A DNA stretch of 64,000 bases from the human T2T-CHM13v2.0 reference genome, Homo sapiens: NCBI RefSeq assembly GCF_009914755.1, contig NC_060937.1. The stretch is one strand, 5' to 3'. The translations under genes and the position numbers were made by a program. This document shows positions 51,005-64,000 of the stretch, piece after piece. The notes beneath the pieces were generated by a model that saw nothing but the letters and a program-made list of their open reading frames with translations, did no database searches and was not told the origin of the DNA. Positions within the stretch are counted from its first letter, which is position 1; each line of letters begins with the position of its first letter.

Positions 51005-53016
51005 AGCCATGTCTGGCGTTTTCTAACCCTTCAGGTATGGCCTTACATATTTTCTCATCAGGAGACCTTTCCTTAGTGCTCCCAGTGAACCATCATCTCT
51101 CTTACCACACCATTAGTGCCTCTCATTGCATCACCACCTAGGACGTTTTATTGTTTGTAATTTTATTTAGTGGTAGGCCGTGGGGCAAGAGATACCTAAA
51201 TTACTTCTCTCAATATTTCCATTGGTTTTTCTCTGAGATTTGGCTAACATACATCTTAAATTCTTTTTAGTCAATAGTTTAATATTATGTTGGCAGTAGA
51301 CAGTTCTAAAAAATATGAGACAGAAAGTCATACTCTAAGATAAAAATAATGTTGAATAATTTTATTTCAGAAATAAGAATTTTCTGGTAATTATGTATTA
51401 TTCATCATAATTTAAAAGTTAGCTTTGATGCCAAAATTTTATCTCACTTTGAAAAGACAGACTTTGTGTAATTTTATAGTTCTGAAGAAAAATTATCATT
51501 ATACTTAGATATTCTGACAAATTATCTAGTATATTCCTTAGACCTTAAAACTAAAATATAGCTATAATTATCAAAGTTTAAATTATCCTTCAGATCTTAG
51601 CTTTGATCAAGAATTTACACAAACCATTCAGAAAAGGTTACCTGCCCCTGTAATGTATGGGCTCTTCTCCTACAATCCAGTTGCAGCACTTTTTACACTG
51701 TAATTAAAGATCATGCCCCTTTCTGTCCACTGCTACGTTAAGCACACTGTTCAGCACTTACTGAACTTTTTTTCTGCTGAGCATCTATTGTCTTTTTTTG
51801 CATGTGTGTATGAATTCATCAATAAACAATGAGCTATGATATGAAACACACTAATGCCTCCACCAGTAATAACCTAGAATCTTGAATTTCTTCACTTAAA
51901 AAAAAGTTACTAAAAATTACTAAAAAAATCTATATAATGCCTCCTTAATCTACAAACTGAATTAAAAGCAAAATAGTTCCTAATGTAATCATTATTAAGT
52001 TGTAAATAGAATCAACTTGCTATCAAATACTACAGAAACTAAAAAAACACTACCTGGCAGGGACTGAATTTGAACCCAAGAAAAATAATTTAACCCAAAA
52101 ATAGTTTAATATTAGCATTAAGTTTCTTTCTGCTTTGAGGCCAATTTCTCAGGTAAACTGTCCAAGCTAGTAAATCATACAAGGACTGTGGGATGGGGAA
52201 ATGAGAACAATAATGACAAGTGGAGGATAGGCTATTTAGAAGCAACTTTCTATTAAAAGTCAAATTCTATTGCTGATTGTTAAATACGATCAAAGTCATT
52301 CTTACAGCCCAAGAGTACTATCAGTTTTAAAAGCAGCCATAGAAGGTTTGGTGTCTCAAAGGCAAACTTTACACCTCCAAATCTTAAATCAACCCCGGCC
52401 CCACACTCTTCCAACATACTATGTAAAACCAAGGTTGCTTATAAACAGTAAGTCTAATTTAGGAAAAGTGAAAGCAATGAAGACAGAGGGCAGAAAGGAA
52501 GATAACTGGTAAAAGAAACAAAAGAGTTTACAGTTTGTCTTTTTGGTAAATACAAGCACTTGTATACACTGGAGCTACAGCAGCAAACACTTCACTCTTT
52601 AGGGAATTCTTAAAAGAAGTCTCATATATAAAATTGAGTTCAATATCAAGTAGAACAAGAAATTAGACCCAATCCTGTTTTGATAACTACAGGAACAGCT
52701 ATTGTCAGCTTTAGCCTTCAATAATTTCACAATACAAATTAGGTAGTGCTAGCAACAGTAATGTCTCCAAAAATACCACAACAAGCACAAGTGAACTAAA
52801 AGCAAAGTCTGGTACTTCTAATCTGCTGTGTTGTTAGCTTGGTGTTCCAAAGGGGTAGGTATTTTTTAGGTTTAACACTATGGTTCTCTGGCTACTTTTA
52901 AAACTGAAAGTACTCTTCTTATAATATAAAGTAAACTTCTAATAATTTGTCCAAGAGATATCAAAATACAGTACCTATGTTTCCATTTATGAAATTTTCT
53001 TGAAATATTTACTGCA

Positions 53017-53324
53017 GGCTGGGCGTGGTGGCTCACCCCTGTAATCCCAGCACTTAGGGAGGACAAGGCGGGTGGATCACCTGAGGCCAGGATTTCGAGA
53101 CCAGCCTAACCAATATGGCGAAACACCATCTCTACTAAAAATATAAAAAAAATTAGCCAGGTGTGTTGACGTGCACCTGTAGTCCCCGCTACTCAGGAAG
53201 CTGAGACAGGAGAACTGCTTGAGCCAGGCAGGCAGAGGCTGCAGTGAGCGAGGTCGTGCCACAACTCCAGCCTGGGTGACAGAGCAAGACTCAATCTCAA
53301 AGAAATAAATAAAAATAAAATAAA
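53017..53324 (+). mobile_element. AluS-like, sense, TSD aaatat(t/c)tactgca
   Basis: Full dimer with flanking direct repeat. Confidence 0.9.
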
Positions 53325-53899
53325 TATCTACTGCAAATAATACGTTTCATAAAATGCTTAATAAAAACTTTCAATACCACCATGAAAGCAATTAGAACAT
53401 GAGGGTGCCTGAAGTAGATCATAGTAGTGTGATTACATTCAATATCTTTCTATAAGACGTGATGATACATACAGGGTAAATCATACAAGAAGACCTAAGA
53501 TTATTATCTCAGAATTTCCTAATTAGAATGGGAATACAATTGTGCAATGAGAGAAATGGACTGAAGACAGAAATAAAAACAAATGTTATGATTTAATATG
53601 ACAAATTTAAAATTTCCACTTTATTTTCCACCATTTTTAAAGGGCATTCCTTATAGTATTAATTTTAATGCATTTTTAAAAATCAGTAAGACAAGTAGCA
53701 CATTTCTCTAGTTCAGGACTCCACTTTCAGGGTTACAGTTAAAGATGATCCTAGAAGTGCATTTTAATTGGTCTAGGGGAGGGTCATTAGCTTGATGTTC
53801 TAAAATCTACTGAGTTGATTACAATATGTGTCAGTGTCAATAACCACTTTCTTAAACCCAAGTCGCAAAGCACATATACCTATAGAAATGTTGAAAATG

Positions 53900-54035
53900 G
53901 GCCAGGTGCTGTGGGGCTCACACCTGTAATCCCAGCACTCTGGGAGACCCGAGATGGGAGGATCACTTGAGGCCAGGACTTTGTAACCAGCCTGGTCTAC
54001 ACAGCAAGACCCCCATCTCTATAAAAAAATAAAAA
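53900..54035 (+). mobile_element. FLAM_C/Alu left-arm monomer
   Basis: ggccaggtgc...gatcacttgaggccagg...ccccatctct then A-rich tail. Confidence 0.75.
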
Positions 54036-56811
54036 ATATTTTTAAATGCTGAAAAATGAAATACTAAATTATTTATGAATATATAACTTCAATAAAAGAT
54101 GAGAAAATACAACTAGGTCATTAGGACAATTTGTATGAAACAATATCCAATTTGCTGTCTGTTACTTCTACCTTATCATGTCTAATTTTTCCTCATCTTT
54201 GTGAAATCCTGCATCTACAATAGGCAAAAAAACAAAAAACAAAAGGAATCTTATTCTATTCACAGCCATCAGAAAAATGTGTTACTATTCCTGTAGTCAG
54301 TTAGGTTCTAAATCATACATTTGAGATATATCTCAAACATGTCATAAAGAAAATAAGCATCATATTTCTAACTAAATAGCACCTGAAATATTCCATATGA
54401 AAGGAAAAATATGAAAAACTAAACTTTTAATTACTAACCTCCTTAAAGGAAAATAATTCTATATGATTTGATATTTCATAATGGATGTCCAATACCTGAG
54501 ATATAAATTCCATTTTCTGTGTCCTAACATCTCACCTTCAGAAAATCTCCAATATTGGGTTATTTGGATTATATATTTAAAACTGAATATACTTGAAGAT
54601 GTGAATGATTTGTTGCCACAACAAATGGTTTACAATTATCTGCATTAAAATGTGTTCCATGAACAACAGAAAAAGAATATTTCTACTTCAGTCCTTAAAA
54701 ATTGTGAAAGCACAGCCACAGTCTTAGTTTGTCGATCTTGAATTCTTTTGGTATTTTAATTTCACCAATAATTCTGGAACTGCTGTTTTTGTATTTCTCA
54801 AAATGTTTTGTCTTGCATCATGCATCTTGCTTACATCACAATCACAGCTAGGAAAATGCAGCTTATTTTACCGCCAGTCCCCGATGTGAAGAATATGTAG
54901 AAGCAACAGTAAATAAAAAAAGAAGTATAATACAGAAATGCCTAATATCAAAGAAATTCATGTAACAGAATACTGAACTTCAGTATTTCTAATATACGTA
55001 TATACACATTCCTGCTAACTGTAGAATATTTCCTGCAACTTATGGTCCCTGTGCCTCACCAATGGAAGATCTATCTTGTACTATTCAATTCATACTCTCC
55101 CTAATAACAGCACTATATTAGCAGGTTCATCATCAAGTGAAGGCTTTTTGCTAGATAACTAAAACCAAGATTGGAAAACTAAAAAGCTGGAGGGAGGGAA
55201 AACACAGCCTACAAAATGCTTACAAGATTAGCAGCAAATGATGAAGTAGTAACAAGAGGGGCAGAAAAATAGAAAGATTATCATCGGATTTGGGATTCAA
55301 AGGCAGCTCAGCAAAATACTAGGACATGGCTCATATAAGATGGAATAAGCCTGGAAATACACCCTCCTCCCCAATATTTCAGAACATAAAGTCTACAGAA
55401 AGAGAGTCCTAATGTATTGAACCTGGTTTCTCAATTGAAACAAAAGTCTTCAAGGAAGGAGAGATACGTAAAATTTAACAGGAATACATATGAAGCAGTA
55501 TCTTTAAAGAATGTAAATATATCAACCAAAAGTAAACTTGAGATTCAAATTTCCATTGCTAAAGTCTTTTCAGAGTCAGAACGACATAATTATTATATAA
55601 CTATTCAAAACAAAACAAAAAAACTTACTAGAAAAAAGAACAACTGGTTTGAGAAGAAAATCTTTTCATGGTAGAGCAGAAATAACTGTCAAGGAAAATA
55701 CTTAGAAAAAGTCATATATAAAGAGTGGCCTAGTTTTACTGCACACGTCTTTGCCATGCAGAAACAGCTAAATCCCATCTGACAACTACTTTCCCTTTCG
55801 TGTACCTTGTCTTTAGAGAATAAAATATATCTGGGTTTGATATAGAGGAGACTAATTTTCACATTAAAAATGATTTTCTTAAAAGCCTGGCCTTACAGTT
55901 TAAAAATTATATGATTAAAATCAAGATATTATTCCTATAAAAAGCCAAACTTTAATCCATTTAAATCATGAAACTTAAAACTTCACTTGAAGCAATTTCA
56001 ATCATGAAACTTAAAACTCCAAATTACTATTGTGAATTAACACTTCTCCACTATGTATCTTGCAATTTTAAAAAAACACTTCAGAAAGTAGCAAATTTGT
56101 AAAACAATAAATAATTCATACCTATAGTATCCTCATTTTGCCATGCAGTTTTACTTAAATCTCACTTAGAAATGGAACTCATTCTTAAAGGGTAGAATGC
56201 ACATGATGTAAAGCAGACACAGGAAGATTTATCTTTACTTACTGAAAGTCAATAGTACAATTCTAAGATTTTTTCCATGAAACTACTGAAATAAGTCCTA
56301 CTTGAAAAAAGAAATCCCACAAGAGTTAGCAATTAATAAAAACACCAAAATGAGAAATTCCCCAGCATGGAAAATTCCTGTCATAAATGTTGATGTTTAT
56401 CCAGTTAAAAATATATACAATGAATAATATCAATAAATATATTAGAAGGAAATAGTAGATGTTAGTTACTGTATACCCAAAACTATACTGTATTTTAGGC
56501 TCTATATTTACTGCAGCACAGAACTAAAAGAATTTTTAAAGTTCTTTCTATTAGAAACTAGTATCCATAGGTTGCATCTTTATGGCCCAGCTGAGTTGAA
56601 ATTCCAAATAAGATCCCTTCAAATTTAATAAATGGCATTCTTCATTAACAGCATTTAAAAAATAATGGCTGAAACACATAATCAACATTACACTGAAGTT
56701 CTATCTGAAGACAGAAAAAGTTGCCATCCACACCAAAGCTACACATATACCTTCTGATTTTATAGAATTGTTCCAATATCTTTTCTGTCAATATCATTAA
56801 AATCAACCTAC

Positions 56812-57531
56812 CTGTTTGGACCGAGGTCTACCAGGAGAAAATTTTCTCTTAGTAATAGCTGGTTTACCCATGCCAGTTTTTTGGAATGACTGAGATGTAA
56901 GTTGTTGGCATGATGTTTCCAGCAGACGAACTAAGAGCTGAAGGGTAATTATGCAGCATGTCATGCGAAGGCAAGTCTGAAGAAGGTGTTGGGGAGGAAG
57001 ACACATCTGCCTTGCTTATGTCTGCTGATAATGAAAATGATGACTCTGTCTCAGATGATAACTTTATAGATTTGCCTCCTTGGTATGAAACATCTTTCAC
57101 ACAACCCTCAATTGTAGGAGTCATTTCAGAGTCCATCAATCCAGTAGAAAGTTCAGAATCTTCTTTCTGTTCCTTTTCTCCTTGTAGCCTTTCTATAACC
57201 AACTGTTCCTCAGGACATAATGAAGTGCTTTCCTCATGTGGGGACACTAAGGTTTCTAGTGGAAGAGTGACAGATTCAATGACAAATTTTGGAGGCCTTG
57301 ATTCTTCTTTGGATACCACTGTTTTAGGTTCCTCTAACAACTGCAGTTGCTCTTGCTGCACAGTGATCTGGTGTGTAACGACTTCAATGTTTTCTGTCAC
57401 TTCCATTTTATCTTCAATTTGATCTTCACCACAAATATGCTTCACTTCAGAAGACATTTTCATTTCTTCACTATCAGCCTCATTAGAAATCTGTTTTTCC
57501 AATTCGGTATTCACTGTATGTTGGGATGATA
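56812..57531 (-). pseudogene. KMT2C exon 14 copy (720 nt) with acceptor AG>AA and +1 frameshift
   Basis: ORFs 56864-57607 and 56803-57006 supply the two frames; extra A in run 56877-56882; boundary ttttgcaa|TA; donor CAG|gtagg. Confidence 0.95.
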
Positions 57532-58239
57532 TTGCAAAATTCAGAACATTTGTTATGGTAATGTACAAACAAATTTTAAATTTTCTAACTATAGATATAT
57601 AAAACATTTGGCTACACTAGAACTTAAATCAGAAGGTATTCATCAAAGCAGACAATTATTAAGTGAATGAAAGCCAAAGTACACAAGGATTTATGGATTA
57701 GAATCAGCCACACACCAGAAAACCTAATGAAAACATGTTTTACAACACAAGTACTTCCAAATGGATTGAAAATTACACAGGAAAAGCTCTCATACTCATT
57801 TTTTAGTTAAGAAAATGAGGATCAATCATGTTATGTGAGGTACCTAAGTTAAAAAGTAAAGACTGATCTAGAATGTGTAGGAATTTTCTAATAGTAGATA
57901 CCCAGATGCGACAAAGTTACTATAGACTCAAAAGCACAGACAGAAAAGATTTGCTAACCACCAATATTTATTTTGCTTAACCATACCTGCCAACCTAGCC
58001 AAAATATTCTTTGGATATAATCGTTGTTCTTCATCATTGTCTGTAAATTAAAAGACTAATCTCAGGAAATCTATAAACTTAGATATCAGAAACATAGTCA
58101 CCGGTAAATTTTAAATCAGGATACCAGTATGTTAAACCTTTAACTCAATCTCATCAAGGTAATTTTTAAGTTATAGTAAAAAGACACTGCTAGCCTCATT
58201 TACCAATCAGTGACTAAAATTTATCTATTTATCTATGTT

Positions 58240-58446
58240 CTTTTTGTTTTTGAAACAGGATCTCACTCTGTGACCCAAGCTGGAGTGCAGTAGCAGAAAC
58301 ATGGCTCACTGTAGCCTCAACCTCCTGGGCTCAAGTGGTCCTCCCACCTCAGCCTCCCAAGCTGCTGGGACTGCAGGCATGTGTCACCATGCCCAGATAC
58401 TTTTTTTGTTTTTGTAGAGATAGGGTCTCACTATATTGCCCAGGCC
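58240..58446 (-). mobile_element. Partial AluJ-like, antisense
   Basis: tggctcactgtagcctcaacctcctgggctcaag. Confidence 0.8.
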
Positions 58447-58771
58447 TATACATGTTCTGATACCAAACTGAAATCTCATCTTCTTTCCCACTTTATTGAA
58501 AGACTACAGGTAAGGATAAAAGAAAACTACCAAATAACAGATCTGATAGTACAAAATATTTTTAATCATGACCTCCCCCCTCCAAAAAAAAAAAGCCTTT
58601 CAAGAGAAACTAACCTACTTTAGATCCATTGTCAATTCTTTTCCAGAATCTCTTAACTAAAAGATTTAGTTACTGTAATGTATATACATACAGCAATTGC
58701 AAAAATGTCTTTGAGATAAAGACATTATCTTATAACTCAGTCAAATTAGACAATATGAACATACTGCTTAC

Positions 58772-58796
58772 CAGCAATGAGAAGATTATCTGTGTC
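58772..58796 (-). pseudogene. 3' remnant (25 nt) of KMT2C exon 13 (DTDNLLIA|gtaag)
   Basis: GAC ACA GAT AAT CTT CTC ATT GCT G|gtaagc matches recalled DTDSLLIA; homology stops abruptly at 58796. Confidence 0.8.
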
Positions 58797-58942
58797 CTCT
58801 ATACCCTCAGTGTAGGGAAAGGCTTTCTGAATATGACTCAAAAATCCAGAAGCAAAAGAAGATTAATAAATCTAACTCCACAAAAAGAAACTTTTGCATG
58901 GCAAAAAAAAATAATAAAAACAAAGTCAAAAGACACATAATA

Positions 58943-59141
58943 CAGCCTGGATAACATGGTAAGACCCTGTCTCTACAAAAGTAAAAAATTAGCTGGGCTT
59001 CGTGGTACACATAACTCCTAGCTAACTCGGGAGGCTGAGGCAGGAAGATTGCTTGAGCCCAGGTCAAGGCTACAGTGAACTATGACCATACCAATGTATT
59101 ATGGCCGGGGTGACAGGGTGAGACACTGTCTCACACAAATA

Positions 59142-59183
<42 letters not shown>
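58943..59183 (+). mobile_element. 5'-truncated AluJ-like element ending in a pure A39 tract
   Basis: gattgcttgagcccagg..ggctacagtga; A run 59145-59183. Confidence 0.8.
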
Positions 59184-59184
<1 letters not shown>

Positions 59185-60331
59185 AAGCTAGCAGAAAGTA
59201 TCTGCATCATGTAACACATATAAAGGCTTACATCCCTAACTTATAAAGAACTCTTAAATTTAGGGAAAAATGCCAAAATCTTCAATAACAGGCAAAACAC
59301 ATGAACAGACAATTCATGAGAAGAAATAAAAACTGACCCTTAAACACATGAAAAAACGATCAACTTCACTCTTAGGATAAACAAAAATTAAAACTACATT
59401 GATACACTACTTTTCACCCAGAAGACAGACAAACATTCAAAAGCTAAACAAGTCATCCTGTTAGCAAAGACGTAGGAAAAGTTCTCTCACACATCTCTGG
59501 TGGCAATGCAAAGTACCATAAGCCCCAAACAAGGGAATTTCACAGTATCTAACAAAGCTACATATGTGTACACTCCTGAGGCAATAATCCTAGGAATTTA
59601 CCCTACAGATTTGTCCCTGAGAATTCAAAAACACACATGCACAAAGCCAGGGAGTGTAAAATCATTTATAATGCAAAATGTCATAAACTACTGAAATACC
59701 AAAGCACAGGCCACTGGTTGAGTAACCGATAGCACAGATACACAATGGAGTGCTATGCAGCTGTTTAAAAGGAGAATGAGATCTCTTGAACTTGCCTAAC
59801 TTGCCTGGAAGTGATTTCCATATTTTATTACATGAAAAAAGCAACATGCAAAAGAACATATACAACATGCTACCTTCACTGAAAGAGCAATATATCCTCT
59901 TATTCTTAGATGAAAAATAACAGGAGGTTTAAAACAGAAAACAATGAAGTTAGTTACTTCCAAGAGGCTGGGGGAAATGCGGTATAAGTAATAAACAAGA
60001 GACAGTGACAATTCTGAGCAAAATTTCATATAGTTTTGAGTTTTGAAAGTATACTAATACCTTCTATATTTAAAAAATTAAATCACTAAGAAAAAGGGGA
60101 ATAAAATCTATTACTGAGAGCAAACTGAAGCAGACTTGCTTTTTAGATTGAGCAACTGAATAAATGTGCTGCTCTACAACCCAGAATTTTTATTGTAGAA
60201 GAACAGACATGCAAGAATGAAAAGGCAAAGAACTCAGTGGAGAAGGATAAGAACTGGAGGTGCTGGTATAAATTCATTATTTCTAAGTTATGTATATGTA
60301 TATGAATATTTATGTGTATATACATAACGTG

Positions 60332-60429
60332 TAGGGGTGTTCAATCTTTTGGCTTTCCTGGAGCACATTGAAAGAAGAATCGTCTTGGGCCACACACAAG
60401 ATACACTAACACTAATGACAGCTGATGAG

Positions 60430-60463
<34 letters not shown>

Positions 60464-60575
60464 CAAAAAAAAAAACCTCATAATGTTTTAAGAAATTTTA
60501 TGAATTTCTGTTGGGCCGCATTCAAAGCCATCCTGGACCACATGTAGCCTGCGGGCCATGGGTTGGACAAACTTC
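60332..60575 (+). mobile_element. MER30 hAT MITE containing a (CA)n microsatellite (~60432-60461)
   Basis: aggggtgttcaatcttttggct...gggttggacaaactt matches recalled MER30. Confidence 0.85.
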
Positions 60576-61082
60576 TGTAAGTGTATACACATGCATGTAT
60601 TTCCTGACACCACCTGCTGAAAGGGTGAAGAAGCAAACACCCTCCAGTAGCAATGAGCACACCCAGCACCCATTCCCCACTAAAGGAATCTGGGTTACTT
60701 ATTTAACAATGGACTTATTCCAGGACTCGGGCATGGGAGGTATAAGATGAGCTTGTAACATCTTGTTACACCAAAAAGTAATGAAGTGTTCAAAAAAGCG
60801 GTGAGGGCAGAACACCAGTGCCAGCTTGAAGGAGCAACTGACAGCAAGTATGTGACTATTTGAGCCAAAAAATAATTAGGTAATGAGTTGTAAATGATTG
60901 AAGATAATAGGAGTTCATGAGTCAATATTAATAGTAAGTAAGCTTAACATGTGAAAGAAGTGTTCTTGCTTACAAAAGAAAGCAGAGGGCTAACTGGTAA
61001 ATGTGGTGGGAGTGCTAGAGCTGGAAATGCATCATTTGCAACCAAAAGAAAGCATGTTAAAATGGCATCATCAGGCAGTAAG

Positions 61083-61406
61083 TTTGTTGTGTTGTTGCTG
61101 TTGTTGTTGTTGTTGCTGTTTTTTGAGATAGAGTCTATCTCTGTCACCCAGGCTGGAGTGTAGTAGCATGAGTCCAACTCACTGCAACCTCACCTCCTGG
61201 GTTCAAGCGATTCTCCGGTCTCAGCATCCTGAGTAGCTGGGATTACATGGCACCCGCTACCATGCCTGGCTAATTTTTGTATTTTTAGTACAGACAGGGT
61301 TTCACCATGTTGGCCAGGCTGATCTCGAACTCCTGACCTCAACTGATCCACCCACTTCAGCCTCCCAAAGTGCTGGGATTACAGGTGTGAGCCACCACAC
61401 CCGGCC
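61083..61406 (-). mobile_element. AluS-like, antisense, with (TTG)n tail
   Basis: Full dimer. Confidence 0.9.
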
Positions 61407-64000
61407 TAGGGAGTAAGTTTTTCAAATCTAGAAGGAAATTCTGAGGAAAAGCAAGATATTTGCATGGTCTTAAAGTATCCTCACATACTGCTTTATTAGA
61501 TACAAGGGAGGGGGGAATAGAAATTGGGCAACAGCCTGACCAGGTGATTCTCATGAGGGAAAGTGGAATAATATGTGCTTCCAGTTGTGATACCCTGAGG
61601 ATGGATCAGCATTTTGCAGTATTCTGGCCAATAATGCATGCCTCTCATCTAATTATAAGGGGTTATCAAAAACAAAATGGGGAAATTTCTGTTTGAAAAA
61701 AGAAAAAAAACAAGTATATCGAGAACTCTATTCTTCAAAAATACCAATGACAAAAACTAAATCCTAGAACCTACTTGGAGGAAGGGGTAGATTATGAAGG
61801 ACATAAGATCAAATGACATAACTGTAATATGGCTGGTACATTAGATAAACATACGGCATTGATGTAAGTTTAGGAATTTGATAGCAGGATTGTGATTTTT
61901 AAAGAATATTCCTACTATTAAGAAATACATACTGAAATGGTGGTAAAAAGGCACAATGTATGTAATTAACCCTCAAATAGTAGGGGGTTGGGGGAATAGA
62001 GACACACAGACACACACACATACACACACACACACAGAGAAAGTGAGAGAGGGCATGCCCAATGATAATGAAATGCTAACAACAGATATATCTAAGTAAA
62101 TGGGATATGGGTATTATTTTTATTTTTTCCAACTTTTAGAGTTTGAACTTATTTTCAAGTAAAAACTTTCTAAAAACGCATAACATACCAAAGAACAGAC
62201 ATTCTTGAGATAAAAATAGGAAAAAGAAACCTATCTGACAATGACTGGTTTACAATAAAGATCCTTAAAAGATCAACCCCACTCCAGCTCACCAGGGAGC
62301 AGCCCCAAACTAGACTGACAGCCCCGTGGGGGTACACTGATTTGCCCCAACATCTCCAGCCTTCACTACAGTGGTGTTCGCACACAGTAAACACTCAAAT
62401 GTTAAATGCAAACAAATGAGCAAATTATGACTCAAGACTACAGAGAGAACTACAGAAGAATTAAACAGCAGAGAAAGATGATCATTCTTCAAATGGTTCA
62501 AAGGACAAACCTTTCAATCTATGAAAAACTCTATGGTAACTGTTTCTGTACTTACTTTGTGTTAGACATTGTGCTGGGCACTTTATAGATACCACTTCAT
62601 TAAATCCAACATCCCTGTGAGGTAAGTACCGTTAACCTTCTATACACTGACTTAGGGAAGTTAAACAGGTAGCCAAAGATCATCAATTTAGTAACTGAAA
62701 AAACTGCAGTTTGACTCCACAGCATAAGCTTTTAACCACCACACTATAGTGCCTTCATAGAACAGAATAAAAAAATTAAGTATCCAATAGTATTCCCAGA
62801 AATTATGTAATCCTGTCACTCTCAAAAGAGAATAGCAGATTACAAAGAGCAAATCAAAAAGAAGCACACCAAAGAGGAGACAGAACAAGCTGAGAAAGAC
62901 ACCCAGAATTCTCTACCAGTTCTCAAGACAATGAAAACCATAATAAAGAAGATTAAGAGCAAGAGACAAAAATTATCCAGTAGTTACTAGATATTATTAG
63001 AGAGTGTAAAGAAGGTAATTTTTTAAGTAAATATATTTTTTAAAAAAGGTGCTGGGGCGGGGGGTGGAGGCGGGGATGGGGATTCACACATCTCCCAAAG
63101 CTTTCAGGAAGAAAAAAAGGATTATGATTAAATTTTTTCAAGTTAAGATTTTTCTCGTGACAGCATAAACTGAAAAAACTGAAGAAAATGTTTTCAGAGT
63201 ATAAAAAAGAAAAATTTGTAATATGAAACATTATACTGTGCCAAGTTCTTATAGCCTAAAAGGAACAGTCTCTTTCCGACATGTAGGGTTTCAAAAACTT
63301 TATAATTATTTTTAAAGGATCACAACCAAGACTCCGAAAGATTGAGGGTAAAGTTGGAATTAACAGAGGAAATATATTTTTGCAAGAAAATTGTGACAAG
63401 GTTTACAATCTAGGTTAATCAAATCAAACAGAGAAAAGGGGAATAAAAACTTTATTTTCAGTGGGGAATGGGAGAAAATTTATATCTTTAATATTTATAA
63501 TCATTTACATTCACAAAATGAGATTCTGAATTATAAATCATTGCAGGAAGTAAAAGAAGAGAAAAATAGAAAGAAAAGAAAAATTTTGCCTCAAAACAGC
63601 CAAGCATTTCAATTACAACCGTCAATCCAAACAGTTACCTCTATTAAGCTTTTCAAAAGATACATTTTTATAACACAAAAGAATCCAAAATAAATGTGAA
63701 AAGATAACCATTCAACTGTTAAACTAACACCCTACGTGGCCATAGTGTCAGGCAAAGCAAAATACCTGCCCTTCCTGATCCCTCAACAAAAAACACATTA
63801 CATAGAATAAAGAACAATTTTATACTGGTAAAAAACACAATATATTAACACTGGCCTGACCTACTTGCTAAATAACAGCCACAAATTATTTGTTTAAAAA
63901 TATGATAAATTGATAGGAACAATTAATAGTGGTCAATTGTAACTTGTTGAATCAACAAGTCAAAAAATAAGGTAAAAGGACTTCATCTAACTAAATGAAA

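Larger units (their letters stand above)
58797..62200 (+). mobile_element. Old L1M (L1MC/ME-like) fragments interrupted by Alus and MER30 (boundaries approximate)
   Basis: aaacttttgcatggcaaaa, atgaacagacaattca, ctaggaatttaccctacaga and aatggagtgctatgcagctg ORF2/3'-end motifs. Confidence 0.55.

Noticed and set aside
56958-57529. Plus-strand ORFs of 154 and 60 aa
   Set aside because: Antisense shadows of the KMT2C exon 14 copy.

Overview
Primate (human/great-ape-like) AT-rich, Alu/L1-rich genomic DNA that looks like a segmental-duplication mosaic. Two unprocessed (intron-containing) gene-fragment duplicates meet tail-to-tail. (1) + strand, about 1-37.4 kb: an ANKRD36-family paralog with 21 recognisable exons. 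It is disabled by stop codons, frameshifts, a lost acceptor, an L1 inserted inside an exon, and a deletion that removed most of the 29+73-nt exon-pair array. (2) - strand, about 39.3-58.8 kb: a partial KMT2C (MLL3) duplicate of the BAGE/KMT2CP type, covering the 3' end of exon 13 and exons 14-18, with frameshifts and a lost acceptor. Its paralog-specific changes match recurrent suspected-artefact KMT2C variants (G845E, E864G, R909K, C988F and others). Notable retrotransposon events are an exon-interrupting L1PA2-like insertion with a TSD and a 70-nt 3' transduction, and a twin-primed inverted L1 without a TSD that joins two different repeat units. Gene identities, exon numbering and repeat subfamily names come from recalled reference sequences, not from a search. 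I see no evidence for a wholly new functional system; the most speculative leads are a candidate in-frame cassette exon in KMT2C intron 15 and possible sense/antisense read-through between the two pseudogenes.
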